Below, piece after piece: positions 1 through 9,072 of a stretch of DNA of 64,000 nt. This DNA is from Alphaproteobacteria bacterium (GTDB taxonomy: Bacteria > Pseudomonadota > Alphaproteobacteria > GCA-2731375). The notes below the pieces were generated by a model that made no database searches, was not told the origin of the DNA, and worked only from the letters and a program-made list of their open reading frames with translations. The stretch's first letter is position 1; every line of letters starts with the position of its first letter. The position numbers and the translations under genes were made by a program. The stretch is from positions 2,368,001 to 2,432,000 of the forward strand of contig CBDDPY010000002.1 of the NCBI GenBank assembly GCA_965232515.1, read 5' to 3'.

Positions 1-186
1 CTGGATCAGTACCCGACAGTCCCGTAATGCCCGCAAGCAATCGCAATTGGCCGACGCGTTCTACCGCGCCCGCCAGCAGCGGCAAAGCGACCGTTTTCAG
101 TAGTCCACCACCGCTCCATTCCGGCAAAAAGCCACCATTGCGGCCTGTCGCGCATGGCATACTGCGCTTTTTGCGGGAGGAACGAC

Positions 187-948
187 ATGGATCTCGAACT
201 GACGGGCAAGAAGGCCCTGGTGACCGGTGGATCGCGGGGTATCGGCCGTGCGATTGCCGAGCGGCTGGCCGACGAAGGCTGCGACGTGGCGATCTGCGCC
301 CGGGACCGGCGACAAGTCGACGCGGCGGTGACGGCACTGGCGGCCAAGGGCGTCCGCGCGGTCGGCGCGTCGGTCGACGTGGCGGACGGCGACACGCTGC
401 AAGGTTGGGTGGCACAGACGGCCGAACAGCTTGGCGGAATCGATATCCTGGTGCCGAACGTCAGCGCGCTGGCCACCACACCCGGCGAAGAGGCTTGGCG
501 GCGCGGTTTCGAAATCGACATCATGGGAACCGTGCGGTCCGTCGAGGCGGCCCTGCCGTTCCTTGAGCGTTCCACCGGCGGCGCCATCGTCGCCATCGCC
601 ACGACCGCCGCGCTGGAATTCTTCGGCGGCATTCGGCCCTACAATTCGGTCAAGGCCGCGGTGATCAACTATATCGCCAATCAAGCCGTGGCGCTGGCGC
701 CGCAAGGCATCCGAGCCAACACGGTGTCGCCCGGCACGATCTATTTCGAAGGCGGTGTCTGGGCCAATCGCGAGACCGAGGCGCCGGACATCTTCCAGAC
801 CGCGCTGTCCCGCAACCCGACCGGGCGCATGGGCAAACCCGAGGAAGTCGCCAATGCCGTCGCCTTCCTCGCCAGCCCTGCCGCCAGCTTCATCACCGGC
901 GCCAACCTGGTCGTCGACGGCGCGCTGACACAGCGGGTGCAGTATTGA
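187..948 (+). CDS. SDR family NAD(P)-dependent oxidoreductase
   Basis: TGGSRGIG Rossmann motif, YNSVK catalytic YxxxK, C-terminal TGANLVVDGA; ATG at 187 preceded by GGAGG. Confidence 0.93.
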   Translation: MDLELTGKKALVTGGSRGIGRAIAERLADEGCDVAICARDRRQVDAAVTALAAKGVRAVGASVDVADGDTLQGWVAQTAEQLGGIDILVPNVSALATTPGEEAWRRGFEIDIMGTVRSVEAALPFLERSTGGAIVAIATTAALEFFGGIRPYNSVKAAVINYIANQAVALAPQGIRANTVSPGTIYFEGGVWANRETEAPDIFQTALSRNPTGRMGKPEEVANAVAFLASPAASFITGANLVVDGALTQRVQY

Positions 949-1254
949 TGCGCGCCTGACCGGGACCCCGAATCGTCTGTGGCAATGCTGTGACATGCAA
1001 GGGCGCGGCCAATGGCGCATCTGAAGGGCCTGATGCGCCCCGGCCGCCGCCCATCAGGCTTCGGTCGGCAATCCGAAATTGAACGTTAAAGGAATCCAAT
1101 CCCTTGCGGTTCGTCGTCGTCATAAAACTTAAACAAGTAGCACTTTCAAAAGTTGTAAAAACAATACCAGATTTCGTTGCCACTGAATCGACACCACCAA
1201 GATGATCGCCTCTGTGCTATCCGCATAGTCGTTCTCAAGCTGCGGATAACCGGA

Positions 1255-1419
1255 ATGTTCAACAGTCTTCTCTTCGCCAGTTTACTTGTTCTTGCCGTGG
1301 TCGGATTTGCGATGGCGGTGCATAGTCACCAGGTCAAACAGGCCAGGAAACAAGATCACCTGAGCGCCGCGTTTCGGCGGGCGCAGCAGCGTCGCCTGCG
1401 ATACAACTTCGACTACTGA
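1255..1419 (+). CDS. small (54 aa) putative single-pass membrane protein
   Basis: MFNSLLFASLLVLAVVGFAMAV hydrophobic helix followed by a basic tail; lies in an otherwise empty intergenic gap; RBS weak. Confidence 0.5.
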   Translation: MFNSLLFASLLVLAVVGFAMAVHSHQVKQARKQDHLSAAFRRAQQRRLRYNFDY

Positions 1420-1532
1420 CACGCCTAACGGGTGCCGGCCTGCAACTCGCGGGCGTGACAATTTCGCCGGCTGTTGCCAAGCAGCAACAGATTCCGGCAA
1501 GCGCCCGGAGTCCAGCCACGATCGCCGGCCGA

Positions 1533-1566
1533 TTAAACCCTTGTTAACGCGTTAACCAGTATTAAC
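1533..1566. promoter_or_regulatory. tandem CtrA-like binding boxes
   Basis: TTAA-ACCCTTG-TTAAC (1533-1548, canonical N7) and TTAA-CCAGTA-TTAAC (1552-1566, N6 variant) upstream of the gene at 1790. Confidence 0.7.
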
Positions 1567-1789
1567 AGCGGTGGTTCAGGGCCGATTCGCCCGAGACCGG
1601 TTACCGTAGGCAATTTCATTCCGGCGACCGTCATTGAAGGAGGACGATTCCCGAATGCCTGACGCGCCGAAATCGGCGTTGCAAAGGCGTTTTCGATGCT
1701 TTGCTTGCGCAATGAAGGGCATGGCGGTCCTCGGATACGCCGCCCGCAAAACGGGGAGGGACGCAATTACGCAGCGAAAGGAACAACGA

Positions 1790-2098
1790 ATGCGTATCGT
1801 CCCAGTACTTGCCGGCCTGATGGCCATCGTCACCTCGACCCCTGCGCTCGCGGCGTCGTTCTGTGGCGAACGCGATATGGTCATCGACCGTCTCGCCAAG
1901 ATGTATTCCGAGAAAACCGTGGCGCAGGCGCTCACCAGCGACGGCAAGCTGGTCGAAGTGTTGACGTCGTCCGCCAAGGATACCTGGACCATCCTGATCA
2001 CGCTGCCGACCGGCTCGACCTGTGCGCTGGCCGAAGGCCGCCACTGGCATCAGGTCGATGCCGGCGCCGATATGGATTTGGACGAACCCAGCACCTGA
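1790..2098 (+). CDS. conserved hypothetical exported protein (alphaproteobacterial two-Cys type)
   Basis: Signal peptide MRIVPVLAGLMAIVTSTPALA; CxxRxxVxxxL...WTILITxPxGxxC...GxxW pattern; AAGGA RBS. Confidence 0.8.
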   Translation: MRIVPVLAGLMAIVTSTPALAASFCGERDMVIDRLAKMYSEKTVAQALTSDGKLVEVLTSSAKDTWTILITLPTGSTCALAEGRHWHQVDAGADMDLDEPST

Positions 2099-2117
2099 CC
2101 GGGCCGCTACGGACGCC

Positions 2118-3458
2118 TTAGCCCGCGTCCAGGGTTTCCCAGAATTTCATTGGCTGGCCGATCGGCGCGCCGACGAGTTCGCCGTCGCGCATCACCGTCT
2201 CGCCGCGGATCACGGTCAGCTTGGGCCAGCCGGTAACGACACGGCCGGCGAACGGCGTCCAGCCGCTTTTCGAGGCCACATGGGCCGCCTCGATCTCGTG
2301 CCGTTCCTTCAGGTCGACCAGCGTATAATCGGCATCGAAGCCGACAGCGATCCGTCCCTTCCCCGCGATACCGAAGATCCGCGCCGCGCCGGCGCTGGTC
2401 AGATCGACCAACCGCAGTAGCGTCAGACGCCCGGCCGCGACGTGGTCGAGCATGATCGGCAGCAGGCTCTGTACGCCCGGCATGCCGCTGGGGCTCGCCG
2501 GATAGGGCTGCGACTTTTCCGCCATCGTGTGCGGCGCATGATCTGATCCGACGACATCGACGATGCCGGCCTGCAGCGCTTTCCAGAGACCGTCGCGATG
2601 CCGGGCCTCGCGGACCGGCGGATTCATCTGCGCCAGCGTGCCGAGCTCTTGGTAACAGTCCGGGGCCACCAGCGTCAGATGCTGCGGCGTCACCTCGACC
2701 GTCGCAAAATCCTTGTGCTGCGCCAGCAGGTCCATTTCGTCGGCCGTGGTGATGTGCAGCACATGCACGCGGCGACGCGTTTCCTGGGCAATCCGCAACA
2801 CGCGTCGCGTGGCATTCACGGCCGTCTCGACATCGCGCCATTCCGGATGCGCGCGGGGATCGGCCGCTTCCTCGGCGATCGCCTTGCGGCTGATCAGACG
2901 TTGCTCATCCTCGGCGTGCACCGCACAGCGCCGCCGGATCGACCTGAAAACACGGATCAACGTCTCGTCATCCGGCACCAGCAGCGTGCCGGTCGACGAG
3001 CCCATGAAGATCTTCACGCCACAGCAGCCCGGCAGGCGCTCCAGTTCGCCGAGTTCGTCGGCGTTCTCGGCGCAGGCGCCGACGTAAAAGGCATGATCGC
3101 ACCACATGCGGCCCGCCGCCCGTTCCAACTTGTCCGCCAACGCCTCGGGCGTCGTGGTGTTTGGGTTGGTGTTCGGCATCTCGAACACCGCCGTGACGCC
3201 GCCCAGGACCGCACCGCGGCTGCCGGACTCCAGATCCTCCTTATGATCGGCGCCGGGCTCGCGAAAATGCACCTGGCTGTCGATGACGCCCGGCAGGACA
3301 TGCAGGCCGCTGGCCGCGATTTCCTGATCGGCCGAGGCCTGCGACAGATCGCCGATCGCCATGGTCTTGCCGGCGCGTACGCCGATATCGGCCTCGGCGA
3401 TGCCGTCCTGCGAAACGACGGTGCCGCCCCGGATGATCAGATCAAAAGTCGCGGTCAT
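2118..3458 (-). CDS. pyrC: dihydroorotase
   Basis: LPGVIDSQVHFREPG, FEMPNT, KIFMGSSTG, QMNPPVR, GSDHAPH motifs; start MTATFDLIIRGG with GGGGGT RBS. Confidence 0.92.
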   Translation of the reverse strand: MTATFDLIIRGGTVVSQDGIAEADIGVRAGKTMAIGDLSQASADQEIAASGLHVLPGVIDSQVHFREPGADHKEDLESGSRGAVLGGVTAVFEMPNTNPNTTTPEALADKLERAAGRMWCDHAFYVGACAENADELGELERLPGCCGVKIFMGSSTGTLLVPDDETLIRVFRSIRRRCAVHAEDEQRLISRKAIAEEAADPRAHPEWRDVETAVNATRRVLRIAQETRRRVHVLHITTADEMDLLAQHKDFATVEVTPQHLTLVAPDCYQELGTLAQMNPPVREARHRDGLWKALQAGIVDVVGSDHAPHTMAEKSQPYPASPSGMPGVQSLLPIMLDHVAAGRLTLLRLVDLTSAGAARIFGIAGKGRIAVGFDADYTLVDLKERHEIEAAHVASKSGWTPFAGRVVTGWPKLTVIRGETVMRDGELVGAPIGQPMKFWETLDAG

Positions 3459-3465
3459 GAATGAC

Positions 3466-5226
3466 TTACCCCCCTTGTCGGGTTGCCGCCAGGCTGTCGA
3501 ACGTATCTCCGACCGGCGGTTGCCCCAGTATGTGGCGGCGATGCCACAGCGCGTAGAACAGCAGCGACCAGGCGGCAAAGCCCTGGCGCTTGCCCGACGC
3601 CCGGAACACCGCCCGAACACGATCCGGCAACGCAATTTCGGCGACGCCGGGCTGCTGCGCCACCAACTCGCCCAGCACGTCGCCACGATCGTGCAGCCAT
3701 TCGCCGGTCGGCAGCCCGGGTCCCCGGTGCCGCACGAAGGGCTGTATGTCGGACGCCGCGCCATCGAGCCAGCGACGCAACAGATACATGCCCACGCCGC
3801 GCCGAACCTTCAAGCTGTCCGGCAGGCGAAAAGCGATTTCCGTCAGTCGTTCGTCGAGATAGGGGGTCAATCCCTGCATGCCATGCGCCGCCAGCGCGCG
3901 GTCGAGCTTCAGCAGCAGATCATTCGGCAGCCAGGTCGCGCAATCCAACGCCTGCACTTCCTGCAGGCGGCTACGCGGCGCTAGGTTGGCCAGGCTCTCG
4001 GCGGCGCGGATACCGTCGCGCCAGGCGCTGGTCTCGCGCCGCAGCAGCTCCAGCCGGTCGAATCGTCCGCGCGGCCAGGGCGTCCGCGGTCCGCCCAGAT
4101 ACCAGGGCCGCAGCGCCGTGCGATAGCGGCCATAACCGGCGAGCACGACCTCGCAGCCTTCTGCCGTCAGCACAGTGTCCGACTGCTGGCGTGCCCGCTT
4201 GGCAAGCTTGTAGACCGGCAGCGCGGCATAGTCGGCGACCGGATCGTCCAGCACCCCGGCGACCTCGGGCAACAGTTGCCAGAAATCCGCCTCGCCAAAG
4301 CCGACCTCGATCAACTCGGCGCCGGTCGCGGCGGCGACATGGCCGGTATATTCGCGTTCATCGAGCGCATCGATCAGCCGGATGCAAAACGCCAAAGGCG
4401 GCCGATCGGCCAGGCGAGAGGCCATCGCCAGCAAGGCCGCCGACTTCACGCTGGCCGACAGGATCAGCGCCGGCGGTTCGTCGGCCGGCAGGCAGGCCGC
4501 GACGCTCGCCGTCAGCGCGGCCTCGAACCGCTCCAATGCAGTCTCCTCGCGGATATCGTCCGGCCCGGTCTGCGGCAGGGCCTCGCGCCGCCGGCGCTCG
4601 ACGATCCGGCCGCTGGTCACGACCAGCGTTTCACCCGGAAGCAGACGAAACACCCCGGGAAAGATCGTTTCGCGTCCCGTGGTGAACTGTAGCTGCAGCA
4701 GCTCGTCGCGCGGCACCTCGGCGACATCGGCCGCGGCCAGGCCGGCCGCAATCAACGCCTGCGGCTCGGACGCGAAGGCGAAACCGTGCGCGCCTTCGAC
4801 GTAGTAAAGCGACCGCACGCCGAAGACGTCCCGTGCCAGCAGCAACGCCTCCTCCGCCGGATCGAACACGGCGCAGGCAAAGGCGCCGCGCAAGGTGTCG
4901 ACGAACGAGCCGCCATAGCGGCGATAGCGCCGCAACAGGTTGTCGATACCGGCATCGGGCGACTTGTCCACGGCATCGGTCGCCTTGCCGCCAAGTTCCA
5001 GAATGTGCCCGTCGAGCGTCAGCAACAGGCCGTCCGACACCGGTTCGTTCCGGTTCGCGTTCGGTTCGAGGCGGGCGCTGTCGATCTGCACGAAGCCGAC
5101 GCCGCCGTTGACCGAGCGGCGTTCGCTGCCCTGTCCGCGATGGGCCAACGCCGCCGCCAGCCGATCGAGAAGGTCGGGAGCTGGCGGACTGCCATCGGCC
5201 GTCATCAATCCGGCGATGCCGCTCAT
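3466..5226 (-). CDS. asparagine synthase (AsnB)-like protein with degenerate catalytic motifs
   Basis: AsnB architecture (MSGIAG..HRG..LARDVFGVRSLYY..FASE..AGYGRY..LPNDLLLKLDR) but lacks Cys2, NGEIYN, SGGxDS and GDE; ATGA overlap with upstream glycosyltransferase. Confidence 0.85.
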   Translation of the reverse strand: MSGIAGLMTADGSPPAPDLLDRLAAALAHRGQGSERRSVNGGVGFVQIDSARLEPNANRNEPVSDGLLLTLDGHILELGGKATDAVDKSPDAGIDNLLRRYRRYGGSFVDTLRGAFACAVFDPAEEALLLARDVFGVRSLYYVEGAHGFAFASEPQALIAAGLAAADVAEVPRDELLQLQFTTGRETIFPGVFRLLPGETLVVTSGRIVERRRREALPQTGPDDIREETALERFEAALTASVAACLPADEPPALILSASVKSAALLAMASRLADRPPLAFCIRLIDALDEREYTGHVAAATGAELIEVGFGEADFWQLLPEVAGVLDDPVADYAALPVYKLAKRARQQSDTVLTAEGCEVVLAGYGRYRTALRPWYLGGPRTPWPRGRFDRLELLRRETSAWRDGIRAAESLANLAPRSRLQEVQALDCATWLPNDLLLKLDRALAAHGMQGLTPYLDERLTEIAFRLPDSLKVRRGVGMYLLRRWLDGAASDIQPFVRHRGPGLPTGEWLHDRGDVLGELVAQQPGVAEIALPDRVRAVFRASGKRQGFAAWSLLFYALWHRRHILGQPPVGDTFDSLAATRQGG

Positions 5227-6254
5227 CGTCCGACCGTCCCGTCGAAGAAGGCCTGGTATTGCGCGACGACGCGCGCCTCGGTGAATTCGGCCTCGTAGCG
5301 TTCGCGGCCGCCGGCGGCGAGTGCTGCGCCAAGGTCCTTCGATTCCAGAACCCGTGCGATTCCCGCTGCCAATGCCGTCGCATCGTCGGGCGGCACCAAC
5401 AGGCCGCTAACCCCGTCATCGATCAGGAAGGCCGGTCCCTGCACTGCCGCCGCCACGATGGGCTTGGACTGGGCCCAGGCCTCGACCACGACGTTGCCGA
5501 GCGGTTCGATACGCGAGGGGCAGACGATCAGGTCGGCCGCCGCGTAGTAGGCAGTCGGATCCGCCTGCCAGCCGACGAACCGGACCCGTTGGTCCAGCCC
5601 CAACCGTTTGCACTGCGCCTGCAGGCTTGCCTCAAGCGGCCCGTCGCCAAGCAGCCAGAGATGGGCCGTGGGCAGTTCCGACAGCGCGTCGAGCAGGATA
5701 TCGAAGGCTTTGTTCTCGTGCAGGCGGCCAAGGGCCATCAGCAACGGCGCGCCGGCCGGCGTCTGCAACGCCTCCCGGGACACCGGCGGCGCGGTCCGGT
5801 CGGAGACGAAGTTCGGCAAATAGTGGGCCCGTTCGGCCGGCCAGCCTTCCCGCACGATGTAGTCGACGATATCCGGTGTGTTGCCGATCAGATGATCGCA
5901 GCGGCGGTAGTACTTCAGATCATAGTAGCCGCCGAGACGGCCGGCGTGAACGAAACCGCCGGTTGGACAGGCGGCGGTCGCGCGGCTCATCCAGGTCAGC
6001 ACGAGTTCCGGCCGGTAGGCCGCAACCTCGCGCCGAAAGGCATGCCGGCTGAACAGGTCGAGCGGCCCGCCGAAGCGGAGCTCGACCGGCGCCAGTCCGG
6101 CCTGGCGCAGCGCGGCGCAGCGATCGGCGTCGCGCCGGATCAGGATATGCTGGTCCTGCCCGGCCCGGCTGAGGGCGGTTGCCAGCCGCGTAAAGAAGGC
6201 TTCGGCGCCGCCGTGTCGGGCGCCGGCCATGGCTTGCAGCACGCGCACGCTCAC
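5223..6254 (-). CDS. glycosyltransferase family 4 (GT-B)
   Basis: GGAE N-terminal motif, GRLHENKAFD, PSRIEPLGNVVVEAW (Ex7E); GTGA overlap with the upstream gene. Confidence 0.92.
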   Translation of the reverse strand: MSVRVLQAMAGARHGGAEAFFTRLATALSRAGQDQHILIRRDADRCAALRQAGLAPVELRFGGPLDLFSRHAFRREVAAYRPELVLTWMSRATAACPTGGFVHAGRLGGYYDLKYYRRCDHLIGNTPDIVDYIVREGWPAERAHYLPNFVSDRTAPPVSREALQTPAGAPLLMALGRLHENKAFDILLDALSELPTAHLWLLGDGPLEASLQAQCKRLGLDQRVRFVGWQADPTAYYAAADLIVCPSRIEPLGNVVVEAWAQSKPIVAAAVQGPAFLIDDGVSGLLVPPDDATALAAGIARVLESKDLGAALAAGGRERYEAEFTEARVVAQYQAFFDGTVGR

Positions 6255-7006
6255 TCGTTCTCCAACCGCGCCTTCAGGTGCGACAGCACCGGATACAGGC
6301 CCGCGAACAGGGCAATCAGGAAACCGTAGCCGCCCTCGCGATAGCCCCGCCGGCCGACATAGCACTTCCAGAAGCGGCTAAACAGCCGGCGGACGTTGCC
6401 GGGCAGGCCGCCGATCTCGCCGGCATCGCGCAAATCCCGAGCGCGGGCCGTGGAATAGCGATCGAGGCGCGCGATCATGTCCGAAATGTCGCGGTCGACG
6501 AAGTGCACCATGCGGTGCCGCAGACGCCGCCGTTCGCCGGTGAGCGTCAGGGCCGGATGGATGCGTTGATCGCCCCAGCGCTTGGCGCCACGGCTGAACA
6601 GGCGCGGCGCCGAGTTCACGCCCCATGACGCGCCCCAGCCGTACCGCACCAAACGGTCGCCGATATAGTTGTCGAACGGCAGCAGAAAATAGCCGGGCGC
6701 GGCATCCGCGATCACCGCGCGGATTTCATCCGCCAGCGCCGCCGGCACCCGCTCGTCGGCATCGACCTCCAGGATCCAGTCGCCGGCGCAGGCCTCGATG
6801 CCGGCATTGCGCCGCGGTCCTTCGATCTCCCAGGCGCCCTCGACAACGCGCGCGCCGAACCGGTCGGCGATGTCGCGGCTGCCGTCGCTGCAGCGGTCGA
6901 GCACGACGACGATCTCGTCGGCGAAGGACAGCCGCGCCAGACAGTCCGCCAGCTGCGCTTCCTCGTTATGCGCCACCACCAGCGCCGACAGACGAGGCTC
7001 GCTCAT
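6251..7006 (-). CDS. glycosyltransferase family 2 (WaaE/KdtX-like LPS core glucosyltransferase)
   Basis: VVAHNEE, DxCSDGS, WILEVDADER DxD motif, GYREGGYGF tail. Confidence 0.9.
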   Translation of the reverse strand: MSEPRLSALVVAHNEEAQLADCLARLSFADEIVVVLDRCSDGSRDIADRFGARVVEGAWEIEGPRRNAGIEACAGDWILEVDADERVPAALADEIRAVIADAAPGYFLLPFDNYIGDRLVRYGWGASWGVNSAPRLFSRGAKRWGDQRIHPALTLTGERRRLRHRMVHFVDRDISDMIARLDRYSTARARDLRDAGEIGGLPGNVRRLFSRFWKCYVGRRGYREGGYGFLIALFAGLYPVLSHLKARLENE

Positions 7007-7965
7007 GCCGCCCCGGCGTGCACGCGCTGATACAGCGCGACGGCGGCGGCCTCGACCTTGTCCACGTCGAGACCGTTCATCCAGCTGGTCTGCGACCTGT
7101 AGTCGTAGGTCGGATCGTTACGGATCTCGGCAAAGCTGCGGTCCGTGCGCACGACGGCCGTATCCGGCCCCCATGGCGCATACAGCGCGTCGCGGCTGGG
7201 CCCGAACAGCCCCAGCGTCGGCGCGCCGGCGGCCGCGGCCAGATGCATCAAGCCCGAATCGTTGCCGATATATAGCGCCACCCGCTTCAGACAGGCGAAG
7301 ACGGTCAGCAGATCGGCCTTGCCGAACAGATCGATTCGCCGCTCGGCCGGAATGGTGTCGATCACCGGCTGCGCCATCGGCCGCTCGGACTCGGCGCCCA
7401 TCACCGCGACGCGCGCGCCAGAGAGGATGGCGCCCGGACCGGTCAGGCGCGCGACCAGCTCGGCGAAGCGTTCGGCCGGCCACTGCTTGCCGCCCCAATT
7501 GGCCGTCGGCCCGATGGCCAGAACCGGGCCGCCGTCCGGCAGCAGGGCGGCGGCCGCGCGGTCCTGTTCCGCCCCGCTCCAGATCCGCGGCGACGGCGGC
7601 GGCTCGAGATTGAGCACCGACGCGATATGGCGCACGCGGTGCAGATCGCCGGCGGCCGGCTGTAACACCCGGCGTCGGCGCGCCCACAGCGTCCAGGCAA
7701 GCGCCGAGCCGCGCAGATCGACGACCAGATCCCAGCGTTGACCGACCGCAGCCCGCCAGAGCGTCAGCCAGTGCGCGCTGTGCTTCCGCTTGGCCAGCGC
7801 CAGCACCCGCGTCACCTTCGGGGTCGCCTCAAAAAGCGGCACCGCCGGCGGGCCGCAGGCAATCGTGATTTCGGCGTCGGCATGGGCGTCGATCAGGTGG
7901 CCGAGGATTCCCGTCGACAGGACGGCATCGCCGATCCGGTTGTAGGTGACAAAGAGGATGTTCAT
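7003..7965 (-). CDS. glycosyltransferase family 9 (LPS heptosyltransferase-like)
   Basis: RIGDAVLS, KQWPAERF, IGNDSGLMHLAAA, GLFGPS motifs. Confidence 0.92.
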   Translation of the reverse strand: MNILFVTYNRIGDAVLSTGILGHLIDAHADAEITIACGPPAVPLFEATPKVTRVLALAKRKHSAHWLTLWRAAVGQRWDLVVDLRGSALAWTLWARRRRVLQPAAGDLHRVRHIASVLNLEPPPSPRIWSGAEQDRAAAALLPDGGPVLAIGPTANWGGKQWPAERFAELVARLTGPGAILSGARVAVMGAESERPMAQPVIDTIPAERRIDLFGKADLLTVFACLKRVALYIGNDSGLMHLAAAAGAPTLGLFGPSRDALYAPWGPDTAVVRTDRSFAEIRNDPTYDYRSQTSWMNGLDVDKVEAAAVALYQRVHAGAA

Positions 7966-8099
7966 GCGCCGGGATTGTTCCTGCCGCCATGACCGCCGTG
8001 CCGTGGCCGCCGGCGCCTTATAAGGCGGCCGAAGGCGTCTTGCCAAGATCGCGGCAAAGCCTTACCTGAAAGCGATAATCAATAACGAAGGTCGATTCC

Positions 8100-8999
8100 A
8101 TGGCCAAGTCCCGCTTCGCCTTCCTTGAGGACCGCGGCGTTCTGTCGGTCAGCGGCGAGGATGCCCGCGCGTTTCTACAGGGAATCGTGACCAACGATGT
8201 CGATAAGGTCACGCCGGACGGCGCGATCTACGCCGCGCTTCTGACGCCGCAGGGCAAGTATCTGTTCGACTTTTTCATTGCCGCGCGCGGCGACGACCTG
8301 CTGCTCGACGCCGAGGCCGCCCGCCTGCCCGACCTCGCCAAGCGTCTGACCATGTATCGCCTGCGCGCCAAGGCCGAGATCGCCGATATCAGCGCCGACT
8401 ACCGTGTCGCCGCGATCTTCGGCGACGACGCCGCCGGTGACCTGGCACTGCCGGCACAATCCGGCGTTGCCCGCGCTCTCGATGGCGGCGTGGTTTATGT
8501 CGACCCGCGTCTTGCCGCGGTCGGCGCCCGTGCCATTCTGCCGCGCGCCGGCGCGGAAGCGGTACTCACGGACGCCGGACTGATTCCGGCAGCGGCCGAG
8601 AGCTACGACAGCTACCGGCTGCAATTCGCCCTGCCCGACAGCAGCCGGGATCTCATCGTCGACAAGGCCACCATGGTCGAGAGCAATTTCGAGGATCTGA
8701 ATGGCGTTGACTTCGGCAAGGGCTGCTATGTCGGCCAGGAGGTGACGGCGCGCACCAAATATCGCGGGCTGGTGCGCAAGCGCCTGTTGCGCGTCGACGT
8801 CGACGGACCGCTGCCGGCGCCCGGCACGCCCATCATGCGGGACGGCAAGGAAGCCGGCACCATGCAGTCCGGCCGCGACTCGGTCGGCATCGCTCTCCTG
8901 CGTCTCGAACACGTTGATCAGGCAGAATCCTCTGGCGAGCCGCTGATCGCCGGCGACGCGCGTCTGACACCGGTGAAGCCGGACTGGGCGACCTTCTGA
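8100..8999 (+). CDS. ygfZ: folate-binding protein YgfZ
   Basis: FLQGIVTND, LLTPQGK and KGCYVGQE signature. Confidence 0.95.
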   Translation: MAKSRFAFLEDRGVLSVSGEDARAFLQGIVTNDVDKVTPDGAIYAALLTPQGKYLFDFFIAARGDDLLLDAEAARLPDLAKRLTMYRLRAKAEIADISADYRVAAIFGDDAAGDLALPAQSGVARALDGGVVYVDPRLAAVGARAILPRAGAEAVLTDAGLIPAAAESYDSYRLQFALPDSSRDLIVDKATMVESNFEDLNGVDFGKGCYVGQEVTARTKYRGLVRKRLLRVDVDGPLPAPGTPIMRDGKEAGTMQSGRDSVGIALLRLEHVDQAESSGEPLIAGDARLTPVKPDWATF

Positions 9000-9072
9000 C
9001 ATCGTTGGCCGGCCGGCGCCGCCTGCCATAGGATGGTGGCGTCGGACGAACAATCACTGTCGGGAGAGCGCC

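Noticed and set aside
2118-3458. Dihydroorotase has SQVH instead of the HxH metal motif
   Set aside because: To my knowledge a common variant in alphaproteobacterial PyrC; all other motifs are intact
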